Shown: in pieces, positions 63,638-64,000 of the stretch | Layout: each line of letters starts with the position of its first letter | Numbering within the stretch: the stretch's first letter is position 1 | DNA from: Haliotis cracherodii | Taxonomy: Eukaryota | NCBI RefSeq assembly: GCF_022045235.1 | Contig: NW_027266341.1 | Coordinates: 28,582,001-28,646,000, forward strand | Length of the DNA: 64,000 bases | Direction of reading: 5' to 3' | Program-made: the position numbers and the translations under genes | Notes under the pieces: generated by a model | The model's input: only the letters and a program-made list of their open reading frames with translations | What the model was told of the DNA's origin: nothing | The model's database searches: none

Positions 63638-64000
63638 CTAGAACCATTTGAAGTAACCGACATTTTACTGATACTGGATATTTACAAAGCGAAAGGGCAT
63701 GGCGATATTCACAATCATATTCAAACGGGCATAGCTACACACATATCTAAACGACTATGTAAATTATTAAAAGCTTCACTTTTGCTTTTGAAACTTCCTG
63801 TTAGATGGAAACATTCTTCTCTTGTTCCAACACAAAAAAAAATAATATATTCATGGCTGCTCAAATTACAGTCTTGCCGCTCTTACGAGTTGTTCATCCA
63901 AGGTACTGGTGTGTTTATTAACATGTCTCAAAATGTTTCCTCGATAATGCGTTCATATCAGGATTACAATCAGGTTTTAGATAGGGCGAATCTACTGTGC
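63638..64000 (+). mobile_element. CR1/L2-type LINE reverse transcriptase N-terminal fragment (degenerate, runs off the window)
   Basis: Manual translation gives EVTDILLILDIYKAKGHGDI...LPVRWKHSSLVPTQKK, NYSLAALTSCSSKVL and LQSGFR*GESTV, matching KA.GPD, WK...V.PI.K, NYRPISLTS and QSGFR...ST. Confidence 0.8.

Overview
Eukaryotic (animal) genomic DNA. The SINE families and (ACTC)n/(AAAC)n tails suggest a gastropod mollusc, probably abalone-like (inference). The only well-supported gene is a minus-strand mastermind-like Notch co-activator (MAML/mam) with two coding exons, 29680-29423 and 15166-12803 (phase-0 GT-AG intron of 14.26 kb, 873 aa). The rest is non-coding and repeat-rich. It holds four short retroposon families: A has a structured non-tRNA head, B a tRNA-Asp-like head, C a tRNA-Leu-like head with a V/RUDI-like body, and D is Meta/MESC-like. 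All four share a 3' tail with an RNase H-bearing I/Nimb-type LINE remnant in the same window. There is also a Tc1 transposase relic, a CR1/L2-type RT fragment, small palindromic MITE-like elements and about 12 tandem arrays (units of 12-75 bp) that generate most of the long ORFs in the track. Best leads: (1) family A has a fixed 5' end, no Pol III head and a foldable head, so it is a candidate ribozyme-led or bipartite non-autonomous LINE derivative; (2) a start-less frame encoding 31 N-glycosylation-sequon mucin-like repeats at 61.5-62.6 kb that the ORF track misses; (3) possible Notch autoregulation (CSL site cluster) and overlapping-uORF control of MAML.
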